Positions 9,485 to 19,465 of a stretch of DNA of 63,830 nt are shown one piece after another. Source of the stretch: Thecamonas trahens ATCC 50062 (taxonomy: Eukaryota > Protista > Apusomonadida); assembly GCF_000142905.1 (NCBI RefSeq), contig NW_013657646.1:182367-246196 (forward strand). Direction: 5' to 3'. Each line of letters begins with the position of its first letter. Within the stretch, counting starts at the first letter, position 1. The position numbers and the translations under genes were made by a program. The notes below the pieces were generated by a model. The model was not told where the DNA came from. It ran no database searches and saw only the letters and a list, made by a program, of their open reading frames with translations.

Positions 9485-11008
9485 TCAGCTCGCGCTCTTC
9501 TTTGGGCGGCCGCGGCGCCTTGCCGGGGGCGTGATGTGGGTCCACTGCTCGTCGGTGAGGATGTGGTAGAGCTCAGCGTGGGAGCGCTTGATGGTGTCGA
9601 GGGTGACGCCGTCGGAGCCGAGCCAGGCCTCGCCCGTGAGCTTGAAGCGGACGAGCTTGCGGGCAATGTCGTCGTGCTGCGGGCATTTGAGCGAGTTGGA
9701 GCACATTTTGCGGGTCGACATGTTGACGACGCCACAGACCTTTGTGAGAACCTCGATGACGGCGCTCGGCGCTAGGTTCCACAGGTAAGTGCTGGAGTCG
9801 ATGGCAGCCATGGCCGGAACTTTGAACAAGTCGGCAACTTCGACGATCTTGGGATCAGTCTTGGCGCGGGCGCTGACGATCCCGTTGTAGCGGTGCATAA
9901 AGCCACCAAAGGTGAGCTCGTTTTCGAGCTGACTCAGCTCGAGGCCGCCGAGGGCGTCGCGATTCATACCGGCCAGGCTCTCATGAAGAGTGTAACTCTT
10001 GGCCGAGGCGGCGGCGGCGGCGGCAGCAGCAGCGGCGCGGGCAACGCGCTTCCGCTCGTCACTTGCGCGCTTCTTCTCGCTTGCGCGCTTCTTCTCATTT
10101 GCGCGTTTCCGCTCTTCCAGCTCCTGCCTGCGCCGTTCAGTGGCAGCCTCAGCGGCGGCCTTGGCGGCGGCCTTTTCCATCGCGGCGGCCTCTGCGGCGT
10201 CGGCCTCTGCGGCGGCAAGGGCGGCGGCCTGCGAGGTGGTGCGAATGAACTCCTCCATCTTGTTCCAGTCGACGTTAGGGTCGGTGGCGATGCGGTGGAG
10301 GTCTGCTTCGGACTGCATGGTCGAAAGATCAAAGCCCTTGTAGGGGACGGCAAAGGGAATGGGCGAGCGAGTGCCCGAGGCGAGCGCGTCTGCGGCCGAG
10401 GCGGCAGACCGGCGCGGAACGGCACGGGCTGTCCGGCCCATGCCGAGACACGAGGCCAGATGCGCGGCAAAGCGCGAGACAGCCACCGATCGCGAGCAGA
10501 GCTCGCACGGCACGTATTGGGTCGACGACGGCAGCGGCTGCGAGGCCGACGGCGGAAGCTTCTGGGTGGCAGCGGCGGCTCCGTCGGCCGAGCCGCCGGC
10601 AGCCGAGCCACCATCACCACCGGCGGCGTAGCTCAGAGACGAGGCCGACGACAGCTGGGTTAGGTCACGGCCAAAGACGTCGACGCCTGGGAAGGAGACC
10701 AGCTCGCGGGTGCAGTACGGCTCGCAGACAAGGCAGACCTCGCCGCGGGCAGCCGAGCGGTGCATCTCCAGGGCGACCTCGACCATCATGTGCTCGACTA
10801 GCTCGTCGAGGGTCTCCACCGCCGCCCGCGCCCGTGATAGCGGCGCTCCGCTCGCCTCCTGCTCCGCCACCGCCGCGTACACCTGCCCCACTCTGGCGGC
10901 GAGGTCGGCCTGCTGCGGCCGGGCTCCCCCGGTGCCGGGCCCGACCCCGCCACCGCCCCCACCACGCGCCACGCCGTCTTGCCCGAGCTGGCCGTCTTGC
11001 CCCTGCAT
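9485..11008 (-). CDS. ATXN7L3: SAGA deubiquitinase module subunit Sgf11/ATXN7L3-like (Sgf11 zinc finger + SCA7 domain)
   Basis: LDELVEHMMVEVALEMHR..DVFG; CELCSRSVAVSRFAAHLASCLGMGR; C-terminal CGVVN..KMCSNSLKCPQH. Confidence 0.85.
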   Translation of the reverse strand: MQGQDGQLGQDGVARGGGGGGVGPGTGGARPQQADLAARVGQVYAAVAEQEASGAPLSRARAAVETLDELVEHMMVEVALEMHRSAARGEVCLVCEPYCTRELVSFPGVDVFGRDLTQLSSASSLSYAAGGDGGSAAGGSADGAAAATQKLPPSASQPLPSSTQYVPCELCSRSVAVSRFAAHLASCLGMGRTARAVPRRSAASAADALASGTRSPIPFAVPYKGFDLSTMQSEADLHRIATDPNVDWNKMEEFIRTTSQAAALAAAEADAAEAAAMEKAAAKAAAEAATERRRQELEERKRANEKKRASEKKRASDERKRVARAAAAAAAAAASAKSYTLHESLAGMNRDALGGLELSQLENELTFGGFMHRYNGIVSARAKTDPKIVEVADLFKVPAMAAIDSSTYLWNLAPSAVIEVLTKVCGVVNMSTRKMCSNSLKCPQHDDIARKLVRFKLTGEAWLGSDGVTLDTIKRSHAELYHILTDEQWTHITPPARRRGRPKKSAS

Positions 11009-11156
11009 CCACGTCACGCCCGCGTGTGTCCGTCTGCGGTGTGCCGAGTGCGGTGGCGGGGGGTATGAGTGTGAGTGCGGGGGAAGACGGGGAGGCGACT
11101 CGCCGGGTAAGGGGAATGTCTCCGAGTCGGGAGCGGGCGCGGGTGGACAGGGGGGG

Positions 11157-12383
11157 CTATGTTACTGACAGCTGGACGGCAGCTTGGAGGCCACCGATGG
11201 CGAGGCCGAGGAAGGCGCCGACAAGGATGAGGATTATTTCGTCCTCTTCAAAGATGGGATGGAGCATGCGCTCAAAGGCGGCGGGCGGGAGGCCGCGAAG
11301 AGCTGTGGCGAGGCGCGGCTCGATGGCCATGGCGTCGGCGGTGTAGCTCTCGGCGTCGGCGAGGAGGACCGGGAGGCGGAGGAAGAGGCGATGGGCGACT
11401 TGGCGCTTGAGGCGGGCATAGGTGCTGGTGCCGAGGTAGAGGAGGGTGAGCGGGAGCGAGGCGCCCACCCACTCGTCGACGGCAGTGTCGAGCTTGGAGC
11501 GGATGAGCTGGTGGAGGGCGGGCGAGCGTGGGCCGGAGCTGAGCTCGTTGAAGACGTGGTGCGGAGTGATGAGGCGGTTGGCGACGAGGGCGGCGTAGAG
11601 GTCCGAGACCTCGTCCTGGCGCTTGAGGAAGAGGCCCTGCAGGACGATGCGGCCGCCGCAGATGGGGCGCGGCTCGACCGGGCGAAAGATGGCCTTGAGC
11701 GCAATGTAGTTTGTGGCGTAGCCGACGATAAAGCCGGCGAGCGGCAGGGTCCACCACTGGCGGACAAAGATCCAGACGACCATCTGGAAGAGGCCAAAGA
11801 GGAAGCCGAGGACAAAGCCCGAGCGGCGGATAAAGTCAAACTCGTCGGCGCCGATCTCCATGAACAGCTCGTTGAGCAGCGACTTGTTGGAGGTGAGGAG
11901 GGCGACGACCATGGACTCGAGGTCGATATAGTGTTCGACCGAGGCTGTGACAGCGTCCATGGTCGACGCCATGATGGCTGCGGCCTCGGCGTAGACAAGG
12001 CCGTTGATCTCGATCTTGACCTCGGGCGAGGTGAGGTACCACAGGGTCGGGGCGTGCTTCTCGGCGACTCTGTTGACAACGATCTCAACCTCGTCGCGGA
12101 GCTTGGCCTCGACAGCGGCGGTGACGCGGGTAGCATCGACATTGCGCAGCAGCTCGTCGACCGGGAGCAGGTCCTCGGTGATGAGGCGGATGGCCTTGGA
12201 CGACATCTTGGCGGCTCTCCGCGGGATGATGCCCTGCCAGCCGAGCCACGGCTCCCACCATCCGACAAACTCGAGCGGGTAGAAGGTCATGTGTAGGGCG
12301 ATGACGTTGGTGAGCCAGCCGAGGCCACCGGCCACAAAGGGGATGGCTGCGATGAGGACGACCTCGAGCGGGGCGGAGGACAT
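11157..12383 (-). CDS. DUF445-family membrane protein
   Basis: Duplicated GWLTNVIALHMTFYP / GYATNYIALKAIFRP motifs, GWQGIIPRRAAKM, LQGLFLKRQ, C-terminal EEDEIILILVGAFLG. Confidence 0.82.
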   Translation of the reverse strand: MSSAPLEVVLIAAIPFVAGGLGWLTNVIALHMTFYPLEFVGWWEPWLGWQGIIPRRAAKMSSKAIRLITEDLLPVDELLRNVDATRVTAAVEAKLRDEVEIVVNRVAEKHAPTLWYLTSPEVKIEINGLVYAEAAAIMASTMDAVTASVEHYIDLESMVVALLTSNKSLLNELFMEIGADEFDFIRRSGFVLGFLFGLFQMVVWIFVRQWWTLPLAGFIVGYATNYIALKAIFRPVEPRPICGGRIVLQGLFLKRQDEVSDLYAALVANRLITPHHVFNELSSGPRSPALHQLIRSKLDTAVDEWVGASLPLTLLYLGTSTYARLKRQVAHRLFLRLPVLLADAESYTADAMAIEPRLATALRGLPPAAFERMLHPIFEEDEIILILVGAFLGLAIGGLQAAVQLSVT

Positions 12384-12725
12384 GGGCGGGGTGGGTGGGT
12401 GGGGGTATGGGGGTATGGGAGAGGGGGGGTGTGGGGGAGGGGTGTGGGGTGTGGGGTGGGAGGAGTGCTGCGTGTGGTTGTGGTTGTGGTTGTTGTGTGC
12501 GGTGGTGGTGGCGGTGGTGGCGTGGCGTGTGTGGTGGCCGTGTGTGGTGGCTGCGCGCGGTTTGTGGCAGGACGGCTTTGCTTGGCTTTGGGGACTCCAG
12601 GAGGGGAAGTTGCTCATGTTGGGCGGGTGTATGATCGGAGGCTAGGCGTGGGCGGGCGTCTCGGTCTCGGTGTAGGTGTGAGAGGCCGGCGTGTGGCGTC
12701 GACAATCGACAGGCAGCATAATGAT

Positions 12726-13253
12726 CTACGACTCACCGTTGATGGCAACGAGCTCGACGGTAAAGATGAGGGTGGCGCCGCCGGGGATCTTGGGCGGCGA
12801 GCCAGACTCGCCATAGCCGAGATGGGCCGGGATCTTGAGGCGGCGCTTCTCGCCGACGCACATGTTGTGGAGGCCGCGGTCCCAGCCCTGGATGACCATG
12901 CCCTGCCCGAGGGTAAACTCAAACGGGGTGCCGCGGTCGAGCGACGAGTCGAACTTGGTCCCGTCCTCCAGCGTGCCGGTGTAGTGCATAGAGAGCTTGT
13001 CGCCGTTCTTCGACTTGATCGGGCAAGTCTCGGGCCTGTCGGTCCCATGGCGGTGAGGTAGAGTGTGTCTGTGAGTGGGCGTGGGTGTGGCGTGTTGCTG
13101 ACCTCAGTGCACTCGCTTGCCGCTTGCTGGTGCGTACCGGTGGGTCACGCCAATGCGCAGCTGCGGGAGCTTGTCCTCGGCAGCCGCAAGGGCGGCAAGG
13201 CAAAAGAGGGCCACGGCGACAGCCGCAACGACAGTCCAAGTGGTGGTCTTCAT
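12726..13253 (-). CDS. FKBP2: ER FKBP-type peptidyl-prolyl isomerase (FKBP2/FKBP13); 2 exons (13253-13138, 13035-12726)
   Basis: Signal peptide [86 protein letters not shown] intron 13036-13137 restores the frame. Confidence 0.92.
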
Positions 13254-13475
13254 GGTGTGGTTGGGAGAAGTGTGGCGTGTGGGGGGTGGTTGTCGCCTGA
13301 CGGGCAGCGGGCGGCGGGCGAGGTGCGACGGCTCGGTTCTTTGATGCTAGCCTGGTCCCGCGGGGTCTTGGTCCCTGTGATACAGCCGGCAGTGCTCTGG
13401 AACGGATCCAGTGAAATGTGAAATGTGGCGGAAGTGATGGGGGGAGGGGTCAGGGGGAGATGGGCATTGTGGCGG

Positions 13476-14574
13476 TCATGTCCACAGGCCGGCCGGCTTG
13501 TTGGACTCGGTCTGCCGGCCAGGCAACGGCGGCAGGGTCGACGGACGGTGCTGTGGGTCGTGCTGCAAAGAAGGGTCCTGCGGCAGGGGTGTGCCGGTCT
13601 CGGCGTCGCCACCGCTTGCAGGCGCGATCTTGGCGGCGGCCTTGTTCTTGCGGTGGTGGCGGAAGAGGAGGGCGGCGCAGATGCAGGCGCCGAGGAGGAG
13701 CGACCAGGTAACGTAGAACTTGTACGACGACGGGTTGAACGGCTGCGAGGCGTCGGCAATGCGCTGGCGGATGGAGCGAGCCTCCTCCGGCGAGGAGCAT
13801 GTGAGGCCGACGGTGTTTGCCGGGCAGAGGCACTTGTTCGGCGCGATGCAGGCGCCGCCATTGAGGCACCTCGGCGAGCAGACTGGGGTGCAGACGTGGC
13901 TTTCTGTCGAGTCTGCAGTCTTGTTGTACCCGTCCATACAGGAGCAGGTATTAGGGGCGGTGCATGTGGCGTTGGCGCATGCAGGGCTGCAGACTGGGGT
14001 GCAGACCGACGGGGAGCCAGTCCAGAAGCCCAGCTCGTTGCAGCGGCGGGTCTGCGATCCCGAGCGGGTGTATCCGGTCGAGCATGAGAAGAAGCACGAA
14101 GAGTTGAACATGGTTGATGCTGCTGGAGTGCACGCCATCAGGCCGCCTGGCACAGCAGGGACCAGCGGGCCGCAATCGATGTCTATCAGCTTAGTGCCAC
14201 AGTCGGCCATGCCGTAGCCCGCATCACACACACAGTTGTTGCTCACGCACGACGCATTGACCTTGCACTCGGGCGTGTTTGACGCTGTGCAATAGTTGCC
14301 TCCTTGCCCTGTCATCAGCATCCCCCTCTTATGTCGGTAAGTCCTCCCTGCCCTTCCTCGGACACCTCGTGTCCCTTCCCCCCACCCCCCTTCCCGCCAC
14401 CCCTGGACCCAGCCACACACACACCCACCGACAGGCGATCACCGAGGTGGACAGAGGCGGTACGAACGCATACTACGCCATCTCCCGCACGCACATACCC
14501 AGACTGAGTGGTACAAGAGCTAGGACAAGAGCCGCTCCCAATATGGCCACCCACAGGCATGTATTGAGAGCCAT
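13476..14574 (-). CDS. Type I membrane protein with EGF-like and Sushi/CCP domains; 2 exons (14574-14499, 14308-13476)
   Basis: Exon 1 encodes signal peptide MALNTCLWVAILGAALVLALVPLSL; phase-1 GTATGT..CAG intron; CVCDAGYG, CSTGYTRSGSQTRRCNELGFW, CLNGGACIAPNKCLC; TM VTWSLLLGACICAALLF. Confidence 0.82.
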
Positions 14575-14748
14575 GGGTGCCGAGTCCTGTCTTGCTCATC
14601 CTTGCAAACGGGTGAATGGCTGGCAGGCAGTGGCACGAAGGGTGGAGGGTGGGGGGGGGGGGGGGTAGAGGCAACACCTGTGCGGCATGATGGTGGGCAG
14701 GTGAATGGATGATGTGCAGGTGGATGATGGCCATTCATCATCATCATC

Positions 14749-15274
14749 ATGGTGCTGATGTGGGCGATCCGTCTGCCTGTCATCATCATCGTCATCTTCA
14801 TGGTGCTGATGTGGGCGATCCGACTGCCCGTCATCATCATCGTCATCTTCATGGTGCTGATGTGGGCGATCCGACTGCCCGTCATCATCATCGTCATCTT
14901 CATGGTGCTGATGTGGGCGATCCGACTGCCCGTCATCATCATCGTCATCTTCATGGTGCTGATGTGGGCGATCCGACTGCCCGTCATCATCATCGTTATC
15001 TTCATGGTGCTGATGTGGGCGATCCGACTGCCCGTCATCATCATCGTCATCTTCATGGTGCTGATGTGGGCGATCCGTCTGCCCGTCATCATCATCGTCA
15101 TCTTCATGGTGCTGATGTGGGCGATCCGACTGCCCGTCATCATCATCGTCATCTTCATGGTGCTGATGTGGGCGATCCGACTGCCCGTCATCATCATCGT
15201 TATCTTCATGGTGCTGATGTGGGCGATCCGACTGCCCGTCATCATCATCGTCATCTTCATGGTGCTGATGTGGG
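14749..15274. repeat. Tandem array: 10 full copies + partial of a 51-bp unit
   Basis: Unit ATGGTGCTGATGTGGGCGATCCGACTGCCCGTCATCATCATCGTCATCTTC starting every 51 nt from 14749; only three variant positions. Confidence 0.97.
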
Positions 15275-15345
15275 GGAGCTGGTCATGATGGTGTCTAGCC
15301 GCATGGGCATGATATCCCGGTATCATTCCTAGGTGGCTCGAGCCA

Positions 15346-17115
15346 ATGAGTGCAGACCAATGCGTTTGGGTGGACGCTGTCGGAGCCACTACTCGTCCCG
15401 ACACCATGGAACAGGCGTCCAAAGGGCTCGGCGGGCCGTTGTACAGCCCGCAGATACAGCAGTTGCAGCGCGGGAGCAAGAGACGAGGATCGCGGACGTT
15501 GCCGTTGCCGCCGGTGCTGGTGGGCGGGCCCGAGGTGGTGTTCAAGGTCCGCGCCCTCGACGGCCGCTCCTGGGTCATGGTGGCCCAGCACGCCGAGGAC
15601 CTCTCCTTTGCCGCTCTCATGTCCGCCGTCTATGCCGCAGACCACAGCTCAGCCTATGCCCGCAGAAAGTATCTGTTCTGGCTCGACGGCGACGGCGACG
15701 TTATCCGCATCGCGTCGTCAGACCACCTAGTCGCCGCCGTCGCTGACGCCCTCCGTGCTCGCATTGCCGCAGCCCGCGCCGCCATCGTCAGCCTCCAAGC
15801 CAGGGAGCTGGCGAGGGCCAAGGCCAAGGGGAAAATCAAGGGCAAAGGCAAGGGCAAGGCCAAGTCCAAGGCAAAAGCCAAGGCCAAGGCCAAGGCCAAA
15901 GCCAAGGCCCTCGCTCGTCGTGACGGTATTGACCTGCATCAGCCGCTCAAGATCAAGCTCTATCTGCGCAAGTCGCACGTCCCGCCACCGGCGCCGGTAC
16001 CTTCTGCCAAGGCCGAAAGTCACACACGCTCGCATCGGCGCAGTGACCACTTGCAGTCGCGCCCACAGAGCGATGGCCGCGAGAACTTGGTCGGCGCGCC
16101 GCAACTCCCTCACCCCGACCCGCAACACACAGGCTCGGCGCCGCAGCCCACCAGCACGCCAGTACCAGTGCCACCCCCATCAGCGCCCAGTGTGCCCATC
16201 GCAGCTGGTGGTCCGCCACCGCCACCGCCACCGCCACCGCCGCCGCCGCAGCCGTCTGGGTCAGCGGGAGGCGCGCCACCACCACCGCCACCACCGCCGC
16301 CTCCGCCGCCAGGCACCGGCTCGAGTTCTACCGGCCACACGGCAAGTAACCTCATGGATGCCATCAAAGCCGGCAAGCGACTCAAGACCGTGGACGAGTC
16401 GGCCAAGAAGGCCAAGGCCAAGTCGCCGCAGTCGGATCTTCTGGCGTCGATCCAGGGGCTCGACAAGAACTCGGTCCTGCGCAAGGTCTCGCCCGAGGAG
16501 ATCGCAGCCAAGCCAAAGCGCGAGCTGACCGGGCGCGAGCTGATGATGGCCAAGATCCGCGCAGGCGCCAAGGAGCAGCTTCGCGAGGTGACGGAGGAGG
16601 ACAAGAAGAAGCCGCCGCCCAAGCTCGAGGGCCGCGACCTGATGATGGCCATCATCCGCGACAAGCCCGAGCTGAAGAAACTCGACCGCGCCTCCATTCC
16701 GCCACCCAAGAAGGAGGTCACCCCACGTGACGAGCTGCTCCAGTCGCTAGCCGCCGCCAAGAAGCTTCGCAAGGTCAAGCCGAAGGAGACACCCACGCTT
16801 CTCGGCATCACGCCCGACCTTATGGGCGGGCGCGGCTTCTTTGGCGTTCGCAAGATGGATCTCGTCGATGGCCCGCTGCCGCCCTTGGAGGCGCCGGCTC
16901 CTCCGCCTGCGGCAGCTGGGCCAGCTCCCACGCCCGACACCGACAGCAAGGCCGAGATCAGCGGCGGAGGTGGCGACGCTGATGCCCCGCCCCCTCCTGC
17001 CTCCCCGCCTCCTGCAGCCGATCCTCCTCCGCCCCCCCCGGCCCCCCCGGCCCCCCCACCTCCCTCCCTCACTGTCACCACCGCCAGCGAATCTCCCGGC
17101 AATCCGGCCGAGTAA
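15346..17115 (+). CDS. PB1 domain + Lys/Ala basic tract + polyproline + five tandem WH2 motifs (actin-binding protein)
   Basis: PB1: VVFKV..FWLDGDGDVIRIASSDHL. WH2: LMDAIKAGKRLKTV, LLASIQGLDKNSVLRKV, LMMAKIRAGAKEQLREV, LMMAIIRDKPELKKL, LLQSLAAAKKLRKV. Start codon uncertain. Confidence 0.8.
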   Translation: MSADQCVWVDAVGATTRPDTMEQASKGLGGPLYSPQIQQLQRGSKRRGSRTLPLPPVLVGGPEVVFKVRALDGRSWVMVAQHAEDLSFAALMSAVYAADHSSAYARRKYLFWLDGDGDVIRIASSDHLVAAVADALRARIAAARAAIVSLQARELARAKAKGKIKGKGKGKAKSKAKAKAKAKAKAKALARRDGIDLHQPLKIKLYLRKSHVPPPAPVPSAKAESHTRSHRRSDHLQSRPQSDGRENLVGAPQLPHPDPQHTGSAPQPTSTPVPVPPPSAPSVPIAAGGPPPPPPPPPPPPQPSGSAGGAPPPPPPPPPPPPGTGSSSTGHTASNLMDAIKAGKRLKTVDESAKKAKAKSPQSDLLASIQGLDKNSVLRKVSPEEIAAKPKRELTGRELMMAKIRAGAKEQLREVTEEDKKKPPPKLEGRDLMMAIIRDKPELKKLDRASIPPPKKEVTPRDELLQSLAAAKKLRKVKPKETPTLLGITPDLMGGRGFFGVRKMDLVDGPLPPLEAPAPPPAAAGPAPTPDTDSKAEISGGGGDADAPPPPASPPPAADPPPPPPAPPAPPPPSLTVTTASESPGNPAE

Positions 17116-17225
17116 ACGCCTTCCTTTCCTTGCTGTCGCCGGCCGCCGGGCCTGGCACCCGGTCACCGCCACCGCCCACCCGCAGGCTCACCCGTCGGCC
17201 CACACTCACCTCACTCGAGCTCGCC

Positions 17226-17919
17226 ATGGCGGCAGCAACCATAGCGGCACTCGAGGCCGAGACGGCGGCACTCCGTGCGCGTGTGGCCGCGCGACGTCCG
17301 CTGGTGGCGCTATTGGCTGGCGAGGCGGACTCGGGCGACGGCGGGCTGGCGGCGGCGGCCGACATGGCCGGCGCGGCGGCGGCGCTGAGCGCGGCCGGAG
17401 CCCGGACGACAGATGTGGCACGCGGGATGGTGCGGCTGCGGCTGGATCGTGATGTAGCTGTGGCTGAGGCTGCTGAGGCCGGCGCACGTGCTGCTAGAAT
17501 GGTGGCTGATGCTGCAGACGCCCGCGTGGCGGCGGACGACGCGGCCACGCGTTTTTGTGGCGGCGGCGGCGGCTGCGGGCGCACAGGCGGCGGACGACGC
17601 CGATGATGCTGCCAAGAGCCAGTATCTACGGGCCAAGGCTGGCGAGTATGCTGACGCCGTCGGTGAGATGGAGGCGCGGATAGAGGCGCTGGCCATTGAC
17701 GGCCGCACGCATCCACAGCTGACGGCGCTGGCCGCCGAGCTCGCCGACGTCCGCAGCGAGCTTGAACCGCGGCTCAAGCGGCTGGAGGCCTACCGCGACC
17801 TCCCACCGGACTTGCATCTGGCGTCGGTGGCCCTCGTCCGCGCCCGCGAGCGGCTGGGCGTGCTGGAGGATGAGATCGGTGCCCTCATTGCCGGCATCCG
17901 GCCGTCGTTCGACGAGTAG
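17226..17919 (+). CDS. HAUS1/augmin subunit 1-like protein; apparent frameshift at T-run 17552-17556
   Basis: C-terminus LEPRLKRLEAYRDLPPDLHLASVALVRARERLGVLEDEI resembles the HAUS1 C-terminal motif. Two ORFs join on removing one T. Confidence 0.6.
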
Positions 17920-17974
17920 CGCCCATATACGCTGGACGCGATGCATATTATTGAAGCTAAAGGTGCGTTGCGCA

Positions 17975-18874
17975 CTATGCAGTGAACGGCGACTCGCGCA
18001 GCTCGGCGAGCTCGTCAGCGGCGATGGAGCGGAGCGAGAACCAGACCGCAAGAGCGACGATGATGCAGAGGACGAGGGTGATAAACAGGTTCCGGAGAGA
18101 GATGCCACCGATGGCGATAACCGAGGCTGGAAGGACGTAGACCTGCGGCAGCGCCGCGCCTTGCGCCGGACGCCCCTCAGTGGGGAGCGGGCGCTTGGCG
18201 TCGCGGGCCGGCGACGGTGGCGGCGGGGGCGGCAGCGGGTCCAGCCCTGCGGAACCACTCGAGCTTACCGAGCTAAATGCCTCGCCGTCGCCGACATCGC
18301 TCGAGTCATAGCTCGAGTCACCTGTGGAGGTCGCGAGCGGCGAGAGCTCCGGGAGCTCGGGCGCGACGACGGCGCCGATCTTCCAGCGGGCGGACTTGTC
18401 GGGCGACGCGCCCTTGCCGAGGCGCAGGGCAGCGAGGAGCAGCGGGCGGGCGAGGTCGTCACCGACAATGCGGTACTCAAAGAGGCGTGGATGCTGTGTG
18501 CGCGGAGTAGCGTCGGCGAGAGCGTCGAGGTCGATGACGAGGTCGACGGGCGGGCGCGAGGGGAGGGCGAGGACAAGCAGCGGGAGGTCGGGGGCGGACC
18601 TGGAGGAGAGGGTCAGGACCGAGGAGGGAGAGCTCTGGACAGAGTCTGCCGCATGAGGGACATCCTCCCCTGATGTGTGGCCAGCAGTAGCAGAGCCAGC
18701 AGTAGCGGCGGGGCTGGCGGACATGGCTGGTGGGTAGAGGGTGAGGATGGCGTGGGAGGCGTTGGCCATGGCCACGGCCAGCGGTGGAGGGGAAGGACCC
18801 GGAGGAGGTACCGCATGGGCGAGGCATAGGCAGAGGGCGACAAGCACCACAGCCACGGCGGTAGCTGTGCCCAT
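17975..18874 (-). CDS. Uncharacterised single-pass membrane protein
   Basis: Signal peptide MGTATAVAVVLVALCLCLAHA; C-terminal TM LFITLVLCIIVALAVWFSL. Confidence 0.7.
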   Translation of the reverse strand: MGTATAVAVVLVALCLCLAHAVPPPGPSPPPLAVAMANASHAILTLYPPAMSASPAATAGSATAGHTSGEDVPHAADSVQSSPSSVLTLSSRSAPDLPLLVLALPSRPPVDLVIDLDALADATPRTQHPRLFEYRIVGDDLARPLLLAALRLGKGASPDKSARWKIGAVVAPELPELSPLATSTGDSSYDSSDVGDGEAFSSVSSSGSAGLDPLPPPPPPSPARDAKRPLPTEGRPAQGAALPQVYVLPASVIAIGGISLRNLFITLVLCIIVALAVWFSLRSIAADELAELRESPFTA

Positions 18875-19042
18875 CCCACAGCCTCGGCGAGTTGGGTGGG
18901 TACAGGACCGGATGGTGGGTGAGCGGGGAGGGGAGGAGGGGGAGGAGGGGGGGGGGAGAAGGGGGGGGATCGGAGAGAGGAAGAACGGAGGAGCAGGGGA
19001 GGGGGGGGGTTCGGGATCAGAGAGAGTGAGGGCAGATCGAGT

Positions 19043-19090
19043 GGGGGTTGGGGGGTTGGGGGTTGGGGGTTGGGGGTTGGGGTTGGGTTG
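19043..19090. repeat. (GGGGGTT)n G-rich tract, G-quadruplex-compatible
   Basis: gggggttgggggggttgggggttgggggttgggggttggggttgggtt within a divergent intergenic region. Confidence 0.75.
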
Positions 19091-19465
19091 TGGTAGAGCG
19101 GGAGGGAGGGAAGAGAGGGTGATGGTGATGGTGGTGGTGGGGGTGGATGGGTGAGGGTGAGGGGGGGAAATGGAGCCGCTGCTCCTTCTCGGCTTTGGTC
19201 GTCCGCTTGCTGGCCACGTGGCCATCGTGCATGCCATCGAGAACAGGGCTGTATCACGGCGATGCTCCTCGATTCTCCTACGCTCCATGACCATCCAGGT
19301 CATTCTTCCCCCTCCGATCACCTCCCTCCCCCCCCCCTCCCCTCCCCCCTCCCCTCCCCCCTCCCCCCCCCCCGCTTTGGTCCCCCAACGGCTCCTGTCG
19401 ACCACCGCCGCCGCGTCCTCGTCCCCGCCCGTCCAGCCAGCCACACGTACCCACTCCTCGCGACG

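Noticed and set aside
12640-12737. Second FKBP2 intron at GTGAGT adding an ER-retention tail
   Set aside because: The nearest plausible acceptor gives no HDEL/KDEL-like ending; the unspliced form stops normally at INGES.
14749-15274. CRISPR array
   Set aside because: Units are contiguous near-identical copies with no unique spacers; no cas genes; eukaryotic context.
19043-19090. Interstitial telomere
   Set aside because: Irregular G5T2 units, short, and similar to other G-rich promoter tracts in the window.
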